Positions 40,131 through 51,438 of a DNA stretch of 61,796 nucleotides are shown here, one piece after another. Location of the stretch: NCBI GenBank assembly GCA_045536565.1, contig JAZSNU010000002.1:1-61796 (forward strand), written 5' to 3'. Each line of letters starts with the position of its first letter. The first letter of the stretch is position 1. The translations under genes were made by a program, and so were the position numbers. The notes beneath the pieces were generated by a model that searched no databases, had not been told where the DNA came from, and saw only the letters and a program-made list of their open reading frames with translations. This DNA comes from Clostridia bacterium. Lineage in GTDB: Bacteria > Bacillota > Clostridia > TANB77 > CAG-465.

Positions 40131-42434
40131 TTATTCAACAATTTCAAGGTTAGCAAATTTAGCCATAAGTCTTTTCATTTGACCATTTTCAAACACTATT
40201 TCAACTTTCAAATCGTCATCTTCTGGCTCTGCGCTCTTAATTGTTCCAATACCAAATTTCTTATGTCTAATCTTAACTCCCTCTTTATATCTATCTAAAT
40301 CCACTTCATCTTGTACAGGTGCAGTTTTGCCAATATTTTTAAGGAAGCTATCTACACTTACCCCAAAATTACTCTTTGATTTAAATCCAGAAGAAATATT
40401 AACCGACGATGATGTTCTTGATAATTCATTTATTCTTCTTTGAACTGAACTATAATCATTATCCAAATATCCTTCACTTCTTTGTTCTTGTTTTTTCTTA
40501 ATATTTTCCTTTGATACTTCATCATACAAATCATCAGGTATTTCAGATATAAATCTAGATGGAATTGTATAAGATGTAGAACCATATAATGTTCTTTGTT
40601 TAGCATTAGTAAGATAAAGTTTTTGTCTTGCTCTTGTTATTCCAACATAACAAAGTCTTCTTTCTTCTTCGACATCGTCATGTTCAAATATAGATTTCTT
40701 AGATGGGAACAGACCATCTTCCATACCTACTATAAATACATTGTTATACTCTAATCCTTTTGCACTATGCATTGTCATAAGAGTTACTGCTTCTTCACCC
40801 TCATCTAATTTATCTGTATCTGCAACTAGTGCTATACTATCTAAAAATTCAGATAAAGAATTATCTACTTCTTCTTTTTCAAATTCTGATGCCACACCTA
40901 AAAGTTCATATATATTTTCAAGCCTTCCCTCTGCCTCTGATGTGTTTTCTCTAACTAGCATTTCTTCATAACCTGTAACAAGTAATATTTTTTTCATAAG
41001 TTCAGTTACACTTAATGTGAACTTGTCCTTTATAAGTTCCTGCATCATATCTCTAAATAATATCAAATTACCTGATGCTCTCATCCCTTCTAAATTGCTT
41101 GAATCACTTATTAAATTATATATACTCATATCTTTTGAATCTGCTATTTCTGCAAGTTTATCTACTGTTGTATCACCGATACCCCTTTTAGGCTCATTTA
41201 TTATTCTCTTTAAAGAAACATTATCATTCGGGTTATGAATTAATTTTAGATATGCAATTATATCTTTTATTTCTTTTCTAGAATAGAATTTAAGACCACC
41301 AATTAATCTATATGGAGTACTTTCTCTCATAAACACTTCTTCTATTGCTCTTGCTTGTGCATTAGTTCTAAAAAGTACCGCAAAATCAGAATATTTTAAA
41401 TTGTTTTCTCTTACCATTTTATCTATTGTATCTACAATATATTGTCCTTCATCATATTCATTTTTAGCAGTATAATATTTTAACTTTTCCCCCTCATCAT
41501 TATCTGTCCAAAGTTTCTTATCAAGTTTTGAACTGTTTTTATTTATTACGTGATTTGCAGCATTTAATATATTTTTAGTACTTCTATAATTTTGTTCTAG
41601 TTTTACTATTTTAGCTCCTATAAATTGTTTTTCAAAATTTAATATATTAGAAATATCTGCTCCCCTAAAACCATATATACTCTGTGATTCATCACCTACA
41701 ACACATATATTACCATGCATTGATGCAAGTAAACTAATTAATACAAATTGCGCATGGTTTGTATCTTGATACTCATCTACTAATATGTATTTAAATTTAT
41801 TTTGATAATAATTTAATCTATCTGGATTATGCTTAAACAGTTCTACTGTTAGCATTATAATATCATCAAAATCTAATGAATTGTTTTTCTTAGTTTCTCT
41901 CTCATACTCTTTATATACTTCTGCTATTTTTTCTCTTCTAAAATCACCTTTTACTTCTTTTAAGTACATGTCAGCATTTTTTAACTTGTCCTTAGCAGAA
42001 CTTATTTCATAACATATACTATTTGCTGGAAATTGCTTATCATCAATATTTAATCTTTTTAATATATCCTTTACCACTCTTTGTTTATCAAGCTCGTCCA
42101 TTATATTAAAATCTCTTGTATATCCTAATAGTTCTATTTCTCTTTTTAATATTCTTACACATATAGAGTGGAATGTCCCTAGCCAAATATCACTTGCATT
42201 ATCAGGTAATAAATTATCTACCCTTTCTCTCATTTCCTTTGCCGCTTTGTTTGTAAATGTTATAGCTAAGATTTCCCAAGGATTTACTATACCTTCCTCT
42301 ATCATATATGCTATTTTGTATGTAAGCACTCTTGTTTTTCCACTTCCAGCACCTGCTAGAATAAGCATAGGTCCTTCATTATATGTTACTGCTTCTTGCT
42401 GAACAGAATTCAATTCATCTAGTATTTTGCTCAT
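40131..42434 (-). CDS. pcrA: ATP-dependent DNA helicase PcrA
   Basis: AGAGSGKT, DEYQD, QSIYGFRGA, HSAKGLE, EERRLCYVG, C-terminal Tudor-like HKKFG. Confidence 0.97.
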   Translation of the reverse strand: MSKILDELNSVQQEAVTYNEGPMLILAGAGSGKTRVLTYKIAYMIEEGIVNPWEILAITFTNKAAKEMRERVDNLLPDNASDIWLGTFHSICVRILKREIELLGYTRDFNIMDELDKQRVVKDILKRLNIDDKQFPANSICYEISSAKDKLKNADMYLKEVKGDFRREKIAEVYKEYERETKKNNSLDFDDIIMLTVELFKHNPDRLNYYQNKFKYILVDEYQDTNHAQFVLISLLASMHGNICVVGDESQSIYGFRGADISNILNFEKQFIGAKIVKLEQNYRSTKNILNAANHVINKNSSKLDKKLWTDNDEGEKLKYYTAKNEYDEGQYIVDTIDKMVRENNLKYSDFAVLFRTNAQARAIEEVFMRESTPYRLIGGLKFYSRKEIKDIIAYLKLIHNPNDNVSLKRIINEPKRGIGDTTVDKLAEIADSKDMSIYNLISDSSNLEGMRASGNLILFRDMMQELIKDKFTLSVTELMKKILLVTGYEEMLVRENTSEAEGRLENIYELLGVASEFEKEEVDNSLSEFLDSIALVADTDKLDEGEEAVTLMTMHSAKGLEYNNVFIVGMEDGLFPSKKSIFEHDDVEEERRLCYVGITRARQKLYLTNAKQRTLYGSTSYTIPSRFISEIPDDLYDEVSKENIKKKQEQRSEGYLDNDYSSVQRRINELSRTSSSVNISSGFKSKSNFGVSVDSFLKNIGKTAPVQDEVDLDRYKEGVKIRHKKFGIGTIKSAEPEDDDLKVEIVFENGQMKRLMAKFANLEIVE

Positions 42435-42435
42435 A

Positions 42436-43203
42436 TTATATATCTTCCTCCTCATTATCTATCACAATTATTCCACCATAATCTATTATATCTTCACCAT
42501 CAAAGCTTTTTATTTTTTTGTCTTTACTTTCAATAAAATTAATTATTTTATCACTATTTAAAAATTTATTAACATCACCAAATACTATTACTTCATCATC
42601 GACTACTGTCATAGCTCCACCAATAAAGCCTTGCATATCAGAATATTCAAAACACATTCTATTTGGATTTGTTTCTTTTGGGTTTGTTCTTTTTAACAGT
42701 TTTATATCCGGCTCATAAACAAATAGCACATCTATGCCTTTATCCATCAATGTTTTTGCTATACCCATATCAGATGTTATGCAAGAATTTTCATCTATAA
42801 CTGCTATTGAGCAATTACTATATCCTTGTTTTACATCTATTTTTTCATAGCCTAACTCTTTTATCTTTTCCTTAACTACTTCATCTGTGTAATTAAAATT
42901 GTGTATAGCCTTTTTCCCCATAATACACACATTATATGGTATATCATTAGGATAAGAACCTTTTAACTCCGTTTTTCCGCTAGTAACCTCTATTTTTCTA
43001 CATAAATCTTCATATTTATCTGGTGATACAATAATTTCCTCTCCAATTTTTGTATATGAGATATCCACATGTGCTGCTATTTCATCATACAAATTTATGT
43101 TATATCCTGATTCTATTATTTTATAGCCCAAGCTTTTTATATATTCTTTAATTTTAGTTTTCATTCTAAAATCAGTTATTGCATATTTTGCCAAGCATAT
43201 CAC
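42436..43203 (-). CDS. DUF6873-like (GME/pentein fold) protein
   Basis: HVD, YPNDIPYN, VKQGYSNCS, GFIGG, DYGG; upstream of pcrA. Confidence 0.7.
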   Translation of the reverse strand: MICLAKYAITDFRMKTKIKEYIKSLGYKIIESGYNINLYDEIAAHVDISYTKIGEEIIVSPDKYEDLCRKIEVTSGKTELKGSYPNDIPYNVCIMGKKAIHNFNYTDEVVKEKIKELGYEKIDVKQGYSNCSIAVIDENSCITSDMGIAKTLMDKGIDVLFVYEPDIKLLKRTNPKETNPNRMCFEYSDMQGFIGGAMTVVDDEVIVFGDVNKFLNSDKIINFIESKDKKIKSFDGEDIIDYGGIIVIDNEEEDI

Positions 43204-43208
43204 CTTTC

Positions 43209-44393
43209 TTACATTTCTTCTATGTTTATTTCTTGTATTAATTTAATAGCCATTTGCTTAACTGTATTGGATATAATGTTGCTTTTTTCTTTTATTAACA
43301 TTTTGCTACTATTTTTCTTAATTTCTAGTATTAAATCTTTTAAATTATATATGTTATATAGTTCTACTAATTCTTCTTCCTCTAACAAGTACTCTACAAT
43401 ACCTATTAAAAGTTCATCATAACTATTTGCCTTTTGTAATTTTAATTTCTTTGATATTTCAGATAATACATTATCAAATAATACTTTTTTAGCCTCTTTT
43501 TCTTCTACATTTTTAACGGAATCATTACCTATTCTATATACTTGCTCATCTGTTAAACTAGAAAAAATATCAAATGCAATATTTTTATCTAACTTATTTA
43601 TATAATACTTATTACCTATTAGTTCTTTAATTATTTTTAATGTATCATAATATCCCATTTTTACATTTTTATTTATAACCGTCTCATCTGCAAATAATAT
43701 ACTTCCCAAATCAGAACTTGGAGTTATAGTTATTATATTAACATCTTTATCTTTCTTTACTTTTTTATATACACCTACTGCTCTTGTTCTTATTTCTATG
43801 ATATTTTTATATCCTTTATTTACTAGCATATTTACAGGACAATTATTGTAAAAACCGCCATCTAAAAAAGTCTTTTCTTGTATTTTTTCTGATTTAAAAA
43901 CAGGAAGCTGAGAACTTGCCATTATATATGATGCTATCATTCCCTCATCTATATCCTCTTTATATAATTCGAGAGGTTTTTTATCAGTTAATGAAAATGT
44001 TGCTAGACCATAATCGATCTTTGATTTTCTTAGTTTATCTTCATCTACTAGATTTTCTAAAATATTTTTATATTTAGTCACATCCATACCTTTATTTGTT
44101 GTAGATGATTTAACATATTCTGCTACATTTTTAATAAGGGAAATATCTATTTTTCTATTTACTATTTTATGCAAATCATCTTTACCTATATCAAACAAAT
44201 CAGATGATGTAAGACTATTCCAGCATTCATACAATTTATCAAAATCATTCTGTGCAACAATTGCTGCATTAAATGCTCCAATAGATGTTCCAACTATTGC
44301 TGATATTTTATATCCGTTTTCAATTAATGCTTTTAAAGCACCTATATGATAAGCACCTCTTGCTCCTCCACCTTCTAAGGCTATTCCATACAT
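43209..44393 (-). CDS. Patatin-like phospholipase
   Basis: GGGARG, GTSIG, DGG; start probably ATG 44393. Confidence 0.9.
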   Translation of the reverse strand: MYGIALEGGGARGAYHIGALKALIENGYKISAIVGTSIGAFNAAIVAQNDFDKLYECWNSLTSSDLFDIGKDDLHKIVNRKIDISLIKNVAEYVKSSTTNKGMDVTKYKNILENLVDEDKLRKSKIDYGLATFSLTDKKPLELYKEDIDEGMIASYIMASSQLPVFKSEKIQEKTFLDGGFYNNCPVNMLVNKGYKNIIEIRTRAVGVYKKVKKDKDVNIITITPSSDLGSILFADETVINKNVKMGYYDTLKIIKELIGNKYYINKLDKNIAFDIFSSLTDEQVYRIGNDSVKNVEEKEAKKVLFDNVLSEISKKLKLQKANSYDELLIGIVEYLLEEEELVELYNIYNLKDLILEIKKNSSKMLIKEKSNIISNTVKQMAIKLIQEINIEEM

Positions 44394-44537
44394 ATTATCA
44401 ACTCCTATAATACTTCTCGTATTTTGGCTGTTTGTATTATACCACGAATTTTGTAGATAGGAAATTGTTTTTATACATTTTTCTAAATATTTATATAAAT
44501 AGGAAAAAGAGCTGAAATTAATCAACTCTTTCTTCGT

Positions 44538-44858
44538 TTAATCTTCATAATCTTCTGGCTCTCCGCCATTTAATATAGAAAGTAATATTACTGCATAATC
44601 TTTTGAAAGATATACTTTTTTTCTGCCAGTATAAAATTTTACTTCTTTTAAGAATTCTTCAAAGTTATCATACACCAAAACAGATACAGTTATACTTTCA
44701 TCATCTAATGCTTCTTTATTTTCATATCTTTTAAACTCTATGTCTCCGCCATACTTAACTTCAACAATATAGCCTGTGTTAATAAGTTCTCCATCTTCTA
44801 CAACTGGAATTAGTTTTTTTAATTCATCAAGTGAACGCGGATTAATTATTTTTGACAT
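44538..44858 (-). CDS. Hypothetical acidic protein
   Basis: AAAGGAGG SD, 106-aa ORF, downstream hairpin. Confidence 0.65.
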   Translation of the reverse strand: MSKIINPRSLDELKKLIPVVEDGELINTGYIVEVKYGGDIEFKRYENKEALDDESITVSVLVYDNFEEFLKEVKFYTGRKKVYLSKDYAVILLSILNGGEPEDYED

Positions 44859-44938
44859 ATTAATGTCCTCCTTTACAAAAATTTTATTTAAAATCTTATT
44901 CGTTATTTATTTATGTGAACTATTATACATCATTTATA

Positions 44939-46345
44939 TTATATTGTCAATGTTCCATTCTTAGTATTAACTATAAGTAAAATATTTTCCTCTTCACCTG
45001 TTTTAGCATTTACATATATAATAAAATCTTTTTCGTTTATTTTACCTTTAAACTCATAAACTAAAACTTCATTTTGAGAATCAGTAGGTATTATTGCTAA
45101 CCCTTCACTATTTATTTCAATATTTGGATTCAAGACTTTTTTTGCCTCATCAATTGTAATAGTTGGTGATATATCATCTCTTTGTTTATGATTAAATATA
45201 TACCCTGAGGTTTCAACTGAACACACCTCTCCATCATCCATTGCTATTTTAACTTTTATTAAATCTGGATATAGCGTAATGTTGTCTTGAACTGCTGCAT
45301 AGTTAATCGTAATCATATTTTCCACTTCTAAATAATAAGTTGATTTTATATTTTCTATACCAATATTTTTTAAATATTCCATTCCTATTTTTTCACATTC
45401 TTCCGCCGTTTTGTTTTGTTTTGAAACTTTTCTATCATATATAAATAACGAAAGCATACCACCTTTTTTAGTTATCTCTATATTTACCTTATCCTCTCTA
45501 TTTTTATATTTTGCCTCAAATTCATAGACATCTAATTTACCTTTTGACTCACCTGTATTTTTTATATACTCTATCTCTACATCTTTTTTGGTATTTTGAA
45601 GTATTTCTCTTACTTTCTGAGTTGCCTGTTCTACTGTAACCACAGACTGATTTTCTACCATTACAGGTGTTCTTTCTAATATATGGTTAGAGTATGCACC
45701 ATCATATATCAAGCCTTCATACTCAGTAAATGTTGATGAAATTTTGCTAATATTTGATAACACTTCATTTTCATATTTTTCTTCGCCTAGTTTTTTATCT
45801 CCTTGTTTTTCAACTTCATCCCATTTTAATCTTCCCTTGTTTAAATCAGCATATATGTTATTTAATACATTAGAAATTTCTTCTGCTTTATTATTTACAT
45901 CAGCTAATGTTTTGTATTGCTCCTCTGTAATTCTATCACCAGCTATAGTTTGTTTCATTAATGAATATGAATAATCACTTACCTGTGTTAAAAACTTAGC
46001 GGTATTTGACATAGAATTTTGATTTACTGGAAGTGAAGAAAGATTTTCTTTTGCAAGATTTGATTGTCTCCATATATCTGCATATGTTTTACTAGATTCT
46101 ACTGGTGTTGTAGTTATTCTTGCTTTTGATAGTAATATTTCCACATTTTGCACATAATTTATTAATTCATACATCGATTTGTTATATCCGTCTTGCGCTA
46201 TCTGCTTTTGTCTTTTAAACATATTTGCCATTTGCATACCATAAAGTAATGCTATACCAAACATTACATACGCAAATATCCCCCATGTCCTATGGTCAAA
46301 TTTTCTTTTATATTTATTAATATTTTCTTCTATTTTTTCAAGCAT
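44939..46345 (-). CDS. ypeB: Germination protein YpeB
   Basis: KFLTQVSDYS, LIYDGAYS, YPDLIKVKIAMDDG, PepSY repeats; follows sleB. Confidence 0.93.
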   Translation of the reverse strand: MLEKIEENINKYKRKFDHRTWGIFAYVMFGIALLYGMQMANMFKRQKQIAQDGYNKSMYELINYVQNVEILLSKARITTTPVESSKTYADIWRQSNLAKENLSSLPVNQNSMSNTAKFLTQVSDYSYSLMKQTIAGDRITEEQYKTLADVNNKAEEISNVLNNIYADLNKGRLKWDEVEKQGDKKLGEEKYENEVLSNISKISSTFTEYEGLIYDGAYSNHILERTPVMVENQSVVTVEQATQKVREILQNTKKDVEIEYIKNTGESKGKLDVYEFEAKYKNREDKVNIEITKKGGMLSLFIYDRKVSKQNKTAEECEKIGMEYLKNIGIENIKSTYYLEVENMITINYAAVQDNITLYPDLIKVKIAMDDGEVCSVETSGYIFNHKQRDDISPTITIDEAKKVLNPNIEINSEGLAIIPTDSQNEVLVYEFKGKINEKDFIIYVNAKTGEEENILLIVNTKNGTLTI

Positions 46346-46357
46346 AATATCTTCCTC

Positions 46358-46894
46358 CTACTTTGCAAATGTATGACTTCCAATAACCTTTAAAGTTGGT
46401 CTTGTATATAGCCATTTACTTTTTGTTGTTTTTGCGTTATAAAAGAAAAGTGCACCATTTGTAGGATCTGATCCGTTATATGCTTCTCTTGCTGCTTTTT
46501 TTATTGTAGCCTCATCTTCGTATGCTTTATTTATTTGACCATCTGTAACACTTGAAAACTGTCCTTTTTGATATACTACACCTGCTATTGTATTTGGAAA
46601 TTCTGCACTTTTAACTCTGTTCATTATAACGGCACCAACTGCTACCTGTCCTAAATACGGCTCACCTCTTGCTTCTGCATTTATAACCCTAGCTAAAAGT
46701 TCTACTGCATCAGAGCCACTTTCGGAGTTATCTTTTTTTGAACTTTGGTCAGTAGGTTTCTTTGACGATGTAGAACTTGCATCTGTTTTTGTTGCATAAA
46801 CACTAAATGCTGGAACTTCAAATTCAATATAAGATAAAAACAGCAATACAAAAAGAATTATTATTACGCATACCCTTTTAAATACTTTTTCCAT
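46358..46894 (-). CDS. sleB: Spore cortex-lytic enzyme SleB-like (Hydrolase_2, no PG-binding domain)
   Basis: LARVINAEARGEPYLGQVAVGAVIMNR, DPTNGALFFYN; operon with ypeB. Confidence 0.88.
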   Translation of the reverse strand: MEKVFKRVCVIIILFVLLFLSYIEFEVPAFSVYATKTDASSTSSKKPTDQSSKKDNSESGSDAVELLARVINAEARGEPYLGQVAVGAVIMNRVKSAEFPNTIAGVVYQKGQFSSVTDGQINKAYEDEATIKKAAREAYNGSDPTNGALFFYNAKTTKSKWLYTRPTLKVIGSHTFAK

Positions 46895-46919
46895 TTCTTC
46901 CTCCAAATATTTTCTTACA

Positions 46920-46948
46920 TATTTTGGCTAAAACGAAAAAAAATATAC
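46920..46948 (-). promoter_or_regulatory. Putative sigma-G (forespore) promoter of sleB-ypeB
   Basis: GTATA-17 bp-CAAAATA on minus strand. Confidence 0.55.
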
Positions 46949-46992
46949 TACAACTAAATGTAGTATACCTTATTAATATTTTATATTTCTTT

Positions 46993-47325
46993 TTAATTCT
47001 TTTTCATAATCTTTTTTATCTTGCTATATGCAGCATTTACCAGTATTATACCCATACAAACAAGTGTAATTAAAAGTACTACAACAAAAGGTATAAAGAA
47101 AATAGTAGTATTTGTTTGTATACCAAAAATAATTGTAAGTATGAGTGATATAAAGAAAGTATAATCTACTGTCTTAATAAAGTTCATTTTTTTAACATTT
47201 GATTTTAATTTTGATAAATTAACTTTCTTAGACTTACTATTGGTCTTTGTTTTTATATTACTTGCTTTCTTTTTTGTATTACTAACTTTTCTTTTTATAA
47301 CTTTTTTATTAGTTTTCTTTTCCAT
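46993..47325 (-). CDS. Hypothetical Lys-rich two-TM protein
   Basis: AAGGAG SD, basic N-half, two TMs. Confidence 0.65.
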   Translation of the reverse strand: MEKKTNKKVIKRKVSNTKKKASNIKTKTNSKSKKVNLSKLKSNVKKMNFIKTVDYTFFISLILTIIFGIQTNTTIFFIPFVVVLLITLVCMGIILVNAAYSKIKKIMKKN

Positions 47326-47343
47326 AATTATACTCTCCTTATT

Positions 47344-50300
47344 CTATGCTCTTATATTCTTTCTACAAATACTTGAATAATCACAATATTCGCATGGTAA
47401 TTTACCATTACACTTTTTTGGATTTATTTTTATAACACCCTTGGTTATCTCTCTTCCTATGTCTTTTAATATTTTTTGTATTTTTTCACATTCTTTTTTA
47501 AATTCATCTTCTGTTACCACTTTATTTTTATCATTAATATTTCTGCTATTTACATCTATAAATGAACTAGATGTGTCTTTGTATTTCCTATCTAAACTTT
47601 CTAAAACTTTAACATCACTTATATATATACCTTTTAGTTTCATTGCTTTAATAAGTTCTTTATTTATTTTATTTTCATCATCTGTAAATTCATCTAATTT
47701 CTTTATATCTGCATTTAAAGTAAAATAGTTAATAGCAGCAGGAATTACATCTTTACTTACATCTATGTTTTGTTTATTTTTTACTAACGCACTCATATAT
47801 GTCATAAGTTGAAGTGATATTCCTTCTTTAATATCATTTATACTTATATTTTTATTAGATGATTTGTAATCAACAATTCTAAGATAAACTTTGTCGTTTA
47901 TAACGGCTGAATCTATTCTATCTATTTTACCAACAAGATACATGGTTTTACCATTTTCTAAATTAATTTCTATTGGTGAATACAATGCTCCATCTCTAAA
48001 TTCAACTTCATATCCTAATGGTTTAAACTCACTTTGATTAAAACTTGATGCTATTATCTTAACAATCTTAAACATTTTTCTTTTAAGTGAAGCTTTTAAT
48101 ACAATATATCTGTTATTATCTTTAAATTTGCTATAATTTATTTCAAATATTTTTTCTATAATTTCATCTATTTTGTTTTTAGCCTTTTCTTGAACATTCC
48201 CATCTGTTACAATTTCTTGCCACAACAGATTTCTTTCCATAATCCATTTAGAAAACTTTTCTAAACAGTCATGCATTAATGTACCCATATCCATAACAGA
48301 CAAGCTATATTTTTTTCTAGGTTTTAAATTCAGCATATAATTTGCATAATATGAAAATGGACATCTCTTAAATGCTTCTAATCTAGACACACTACTATTT
48401 AATTTGTCTTTATATATGCTATCTAAAATTTCACCAGATATGTTATTGTCTTTTCTAGAATATTGCAAAATCTTTTTATACTCTTCTTTATTTGAATAAT
48501 GCAAATACATACTATATAGATATTCTATTTGATTATCATTTAAGTTCTCAAACTCTACTACATTACTTAGTAAATTTCTAAAAACTACTTTCTGAGTCAT
48601 TTTGTTTTCTTCAAATAACGGAGTATCATCATAAGATATATTTCCATCTATCGAAATATTTAAAATTCTTTTTAGTTCATTAATTAATTTACCAATTCTA
48701 AGAGGTTCCCCTGTAATCTTTGATACTGGCATTGTAACCGTCAAACTTTCTTTTACATTGGAAAGTGCCATGTATACATTAAATAATGCCATATTAGTTC
48801 TTGATAAACTATTTTGTTTTATATCAATATTATTTTCTTTAAGTTTATCAAGTTCTTTATCTGAAAATATACTATCCTCTGTTGATATATTTGGAAGTCC
48901 ATTTTCATATGCTCCAATTATATACACATGTTTTTTAGGCAATATTCTTGTTTTGTTAATATCACATATTTCTACTTGGTCAATGGTCATAGGTATTGTT
49001 TTTATCTTTCTGTCCTTCATTCCAAATTCAAATAGTTCAGTAAATATTTGAACAGAAATCTCTTCATTTTCAGCAATATTTACTATATTATCAAAAATAT
49101 CATATATTGCTTTTATAATTTGTTTTCTTATATTTCCCTCTTTAATATCCTCATCAGTTATTAAATCAATCTCTCCTGCATATCTATTTATAACTGAATT
49201 TTGTATTATATGGTTATATATTGTTTTAACCTTCTCATTTGCAGTAACCCTTGCTTGTAACTCATCATTAAACTTAGTTATATAGCTAGTTAATTTTTCA
49301 CGAATATCATTTATCTTTTTTAAATCATATACAAAACTACCAATTGAATTTTCATTGTTATTCTTCTTAAATTCTCTATTTATCATATATCCTTTTATTC
49401 CAAATTCAAGGATATAGTTCTCAAAATAGTTTAAATCTTCTTTTGATATATCTAACAGTCCTGTTTTCATTAATAACAACAGTTTATTAACATCTATACC
49501 ATCACTTGAAAGTTTTAACATTAACAATATATATATTGTTAAATTGCTAAATGCTACTTCTGATGTATCATCAAAGTGATAATTTATTTCATATTCATCA
49601 AATATTCTTTTAATACAAAATTCATACTCTTCAAAATTACTCGTATATATTGCAAAATCTCTATATCTAAGAGTTTTATCTTCTCTTAATTTACCAACTA
49701 TCTCTTTTGCAATATTTTCTATTTCTGTATTAGAATTTTTTTCTAACTTTATCTTAACATTACTGCTTTCTTTATCATACTCGCTATATTCATTGTTAAA
49801 TATATTTTTAACTAAGTAATTAATATCTTCCTTTAACACCTGCTTTTCTTTTATTTCTATAACATTAAATTTTACTCCACACTCATCACAAATCTTTTCC
49901 AAATCTTTATATGTTTTGTATGATATTTCAAACATATTTTCTGGCTTACTAGCACTATTTATTTCGTTTTTAGATATTGTAAGAGATACATTAACATCTA
50001 CTCCAAGAGATAGCAAACTAGATATTACACTAAGTTCCTTCTTACTAAAATTGTTATATCCGTGAAAAAATATTTCAGTATTGTTATATTTATCTCTATT
50101 ATCTACTATATATCTAGTAAAAATGTCTAGCATATCAATGTTATCAATGTATTTATCTGCTATATTTTCTTTTGCAAACTCACAGATCTCAAATATTTCT
50201 TTAAGTTTTATTTTTGTTAATTCATCAATACCATCTATTTTTTCTATGCTATCTATATCTAAATTTTCTTTTTTAATGCTATCCATATATGATATTATCA

Positions 50301-50655
50301 TATCTATAAAAGATGGTTTATCTAATACATTTTTAAACAAAGATAAATTATTTTCATTTCTACCTATTATATATTTTATATGCATTCTTTTTTCATCATC
50401 TGATATATATTGTTTATTACTTGTATATTTTTCATCAAGTAGTTTAGATATATATCTAGAAAGAGTTGTTATGTCAGTATTAAGCATTCCATTAGTACCT
50501 GTTTTTTGTAAATACTCTTCCTCAGATGACATTCTTGCCTGTGAAGGAACAAATATTATATTATTCTTCCCTTCTTTTTCATATTCCTTTGCTTTATTAT
50601 ATATGTACTTTCCTTTATCTAAGGTCATGTCACCTATAATACAGTTTAAAGCCAT
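47344..50655 (-). CDS. addB: ATP-dependent helicase/nuclease subunit B
   Basis: SVSRLE..CPF, GKIDRID, DYKSS, LQL..Y, CEYCDYSSIC Fe-S staple. Confidence 0.9.
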   Translation of the reverse strand: MALNCIIGDMTLDKGKYIYNKAKEYEKEGKNNIIFVPSQARMSSEEEYLQKTGTNGMLNTDITTLSRYISKLLDEKYTSNKQYISDDEKRMHIKYIIGRNENNLSLFKNVLDKPSFIDMIISYMDSIKKENLDIDSIEKIDGIDELTKIKLKEIFEICEFAKENIADKYIDNIDMLDIFTRYIVDNRDKYNNTEIFFHGYNNFSKKELSVISSLLSLGVDVNVSLTISKNEINSASKPENMFEISYKTYKDLEKICDECGVKFNVIEIKEKQVLKEDINYLVKNIFNNEYSEYDKESSNVKIKLEKNSNTEIENIAKEIVGKLREDKTLRYRDFAIYTSNFEEYEFCIKRIFDEYEINYHFDDTSEVAFSNLTIYILLMLKLSSDGIDVNKLLLLMKTGLLDISKEDLNYFENYILEFGIKGYMINREFKKNNNENSIGSFVYDLKKINDIREKLTSYITKFNDELQARVTANEKVKTIYNHIIQNSVINRYAGEIDLITDEDIKEGNIRKQIIKAIYDIFDNIVNIAENEEISVQIFTELFEFGMKDRKIKTIPMTIDQVEICDINKTRILPKKHVYIIGAYENGLPNISTEDSIFSDKELDKLKENNIDIKQNSLSRTNMALFNVYMALSNVKESLTVTMPVSKITGEPLRIGKLINELKRILNISIDGNISYDDTPLFEENKMTQKVVFRNLLSNVVEFENLNDNQIEYLYSMYLHYSNKEEYKKILQYSRKDNNISGEILDSIYKDKLNSSVSRLEAFKRCPFSYYANYMLNLKPRKKYSLSVMDMGTLMHDCLEKFSKWIMERNLLWQEIVTDGNVQEKAKNKIDEIIEKIFEINYSKFKDNNRYIVLKASLKRKMFKIVKIIASSFNQSEFKPLGYEVEFRDGALYSPIEINLENGKTMYLVGKIDRIDSAVINDKVYLRIVDYKSSNKNISINDIKEGISLQLMTYMSALVKNKQNIDVSKDVIPAAINYFTLNADIKKLDEFTDDENKINKELIKAMKLKGIYISDVKVLESLDRKYKDTSSSFIDVNSRNINDKNKVVTEDEFKKECEKIQKILKDIGREITKGVIKINPKKCNGKLPCEYCDYSSICRKNIRA

Positions 50656-50663
50656 ATTTCCCC

Positions 50664-51266
50664 CTATATATTTGTTTCAATATCTTCCTTATTTTCTTCT
50701 TCACTTTCTGTTACTTTTTCACTTTCATTATCAAATAATGATATTTCATCTTCTTCTAATTTTGATGCATCAAATTCTGGTAAATCTTCTAAACTAGATA
50801 TTCCCATGCATTTAAAAAACTCATTTGTTACAGAAAATATTGCAGGCCTACCAGGAAGTTGTAATCTTCCAACCTCTTCAATTAAACCATATTCAATTAG
50901 TCTTGAAACTTGTGAATCACTATTTGTTCCTCTTATTTTTTCTATTTCACTTTTTGTTATTTTAGGGTTGTATGCAATTATACTTAAAACTTCCATACAA
51001 GTATTGGAAAGAGTTTGTTTTTTTGTGTTTTGAACAAACTTAGTAACATACTCATAATACTCTTTATTTGATACGAGTTGATACCCACCGTTTACATATA
51101 CTAAACTAATTCCTTTTTTCTTTTCATATTCTTCTTTTAAAAGTTCTATTGCTTTTAATATATCTTTTTCTTCCATTTCTAGTGTTTCTGCAAGTTCATG
51201 AGCAGATACATTTCTTCCTATTGCAAATAATATTGCTTCAATAGCATTTTTTAATTCTTCAAACAT
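50664..51266 (-). CDS. scpB: SMC-Scp complex subunit ScpB
   Basis: IEAILF, EVLSIIAY, IEKIRG, PGRP, SLEDLP. Confidence 0.95.
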   Translation of the reverse strand: MFEELKNAIEAILFAIGRNVSAHELAETLEMEEKDILKAIELLKEEYEKKKGISLVYVNGGYQLVSNKEYYEYVTKFVQNTKKQTLSNTCMEVLSIIAYNPKITKSEIEKIRGTNSDSQVSRLIEYGLIEEVGRLQLPGRPAIFSVTNEFFKCMGISSLEDLPEFDASKLEEDEISLFDNESEKVTESEEENKEDIETNI

Positions 51267-51438
51267 TTTCTACACCTCTATTATTTTTCACTATTATATC
51301 AAATAAATAGACATATTTCTACATGTATATTAAAAATATTATTCTATTTTCTAGTCACATATGTATTAAAAAAGATTCACTAGTATATTTCGTTATACCA
51401 AGTAAATCTTTTATTATTTTTTAATATATATCACAATT

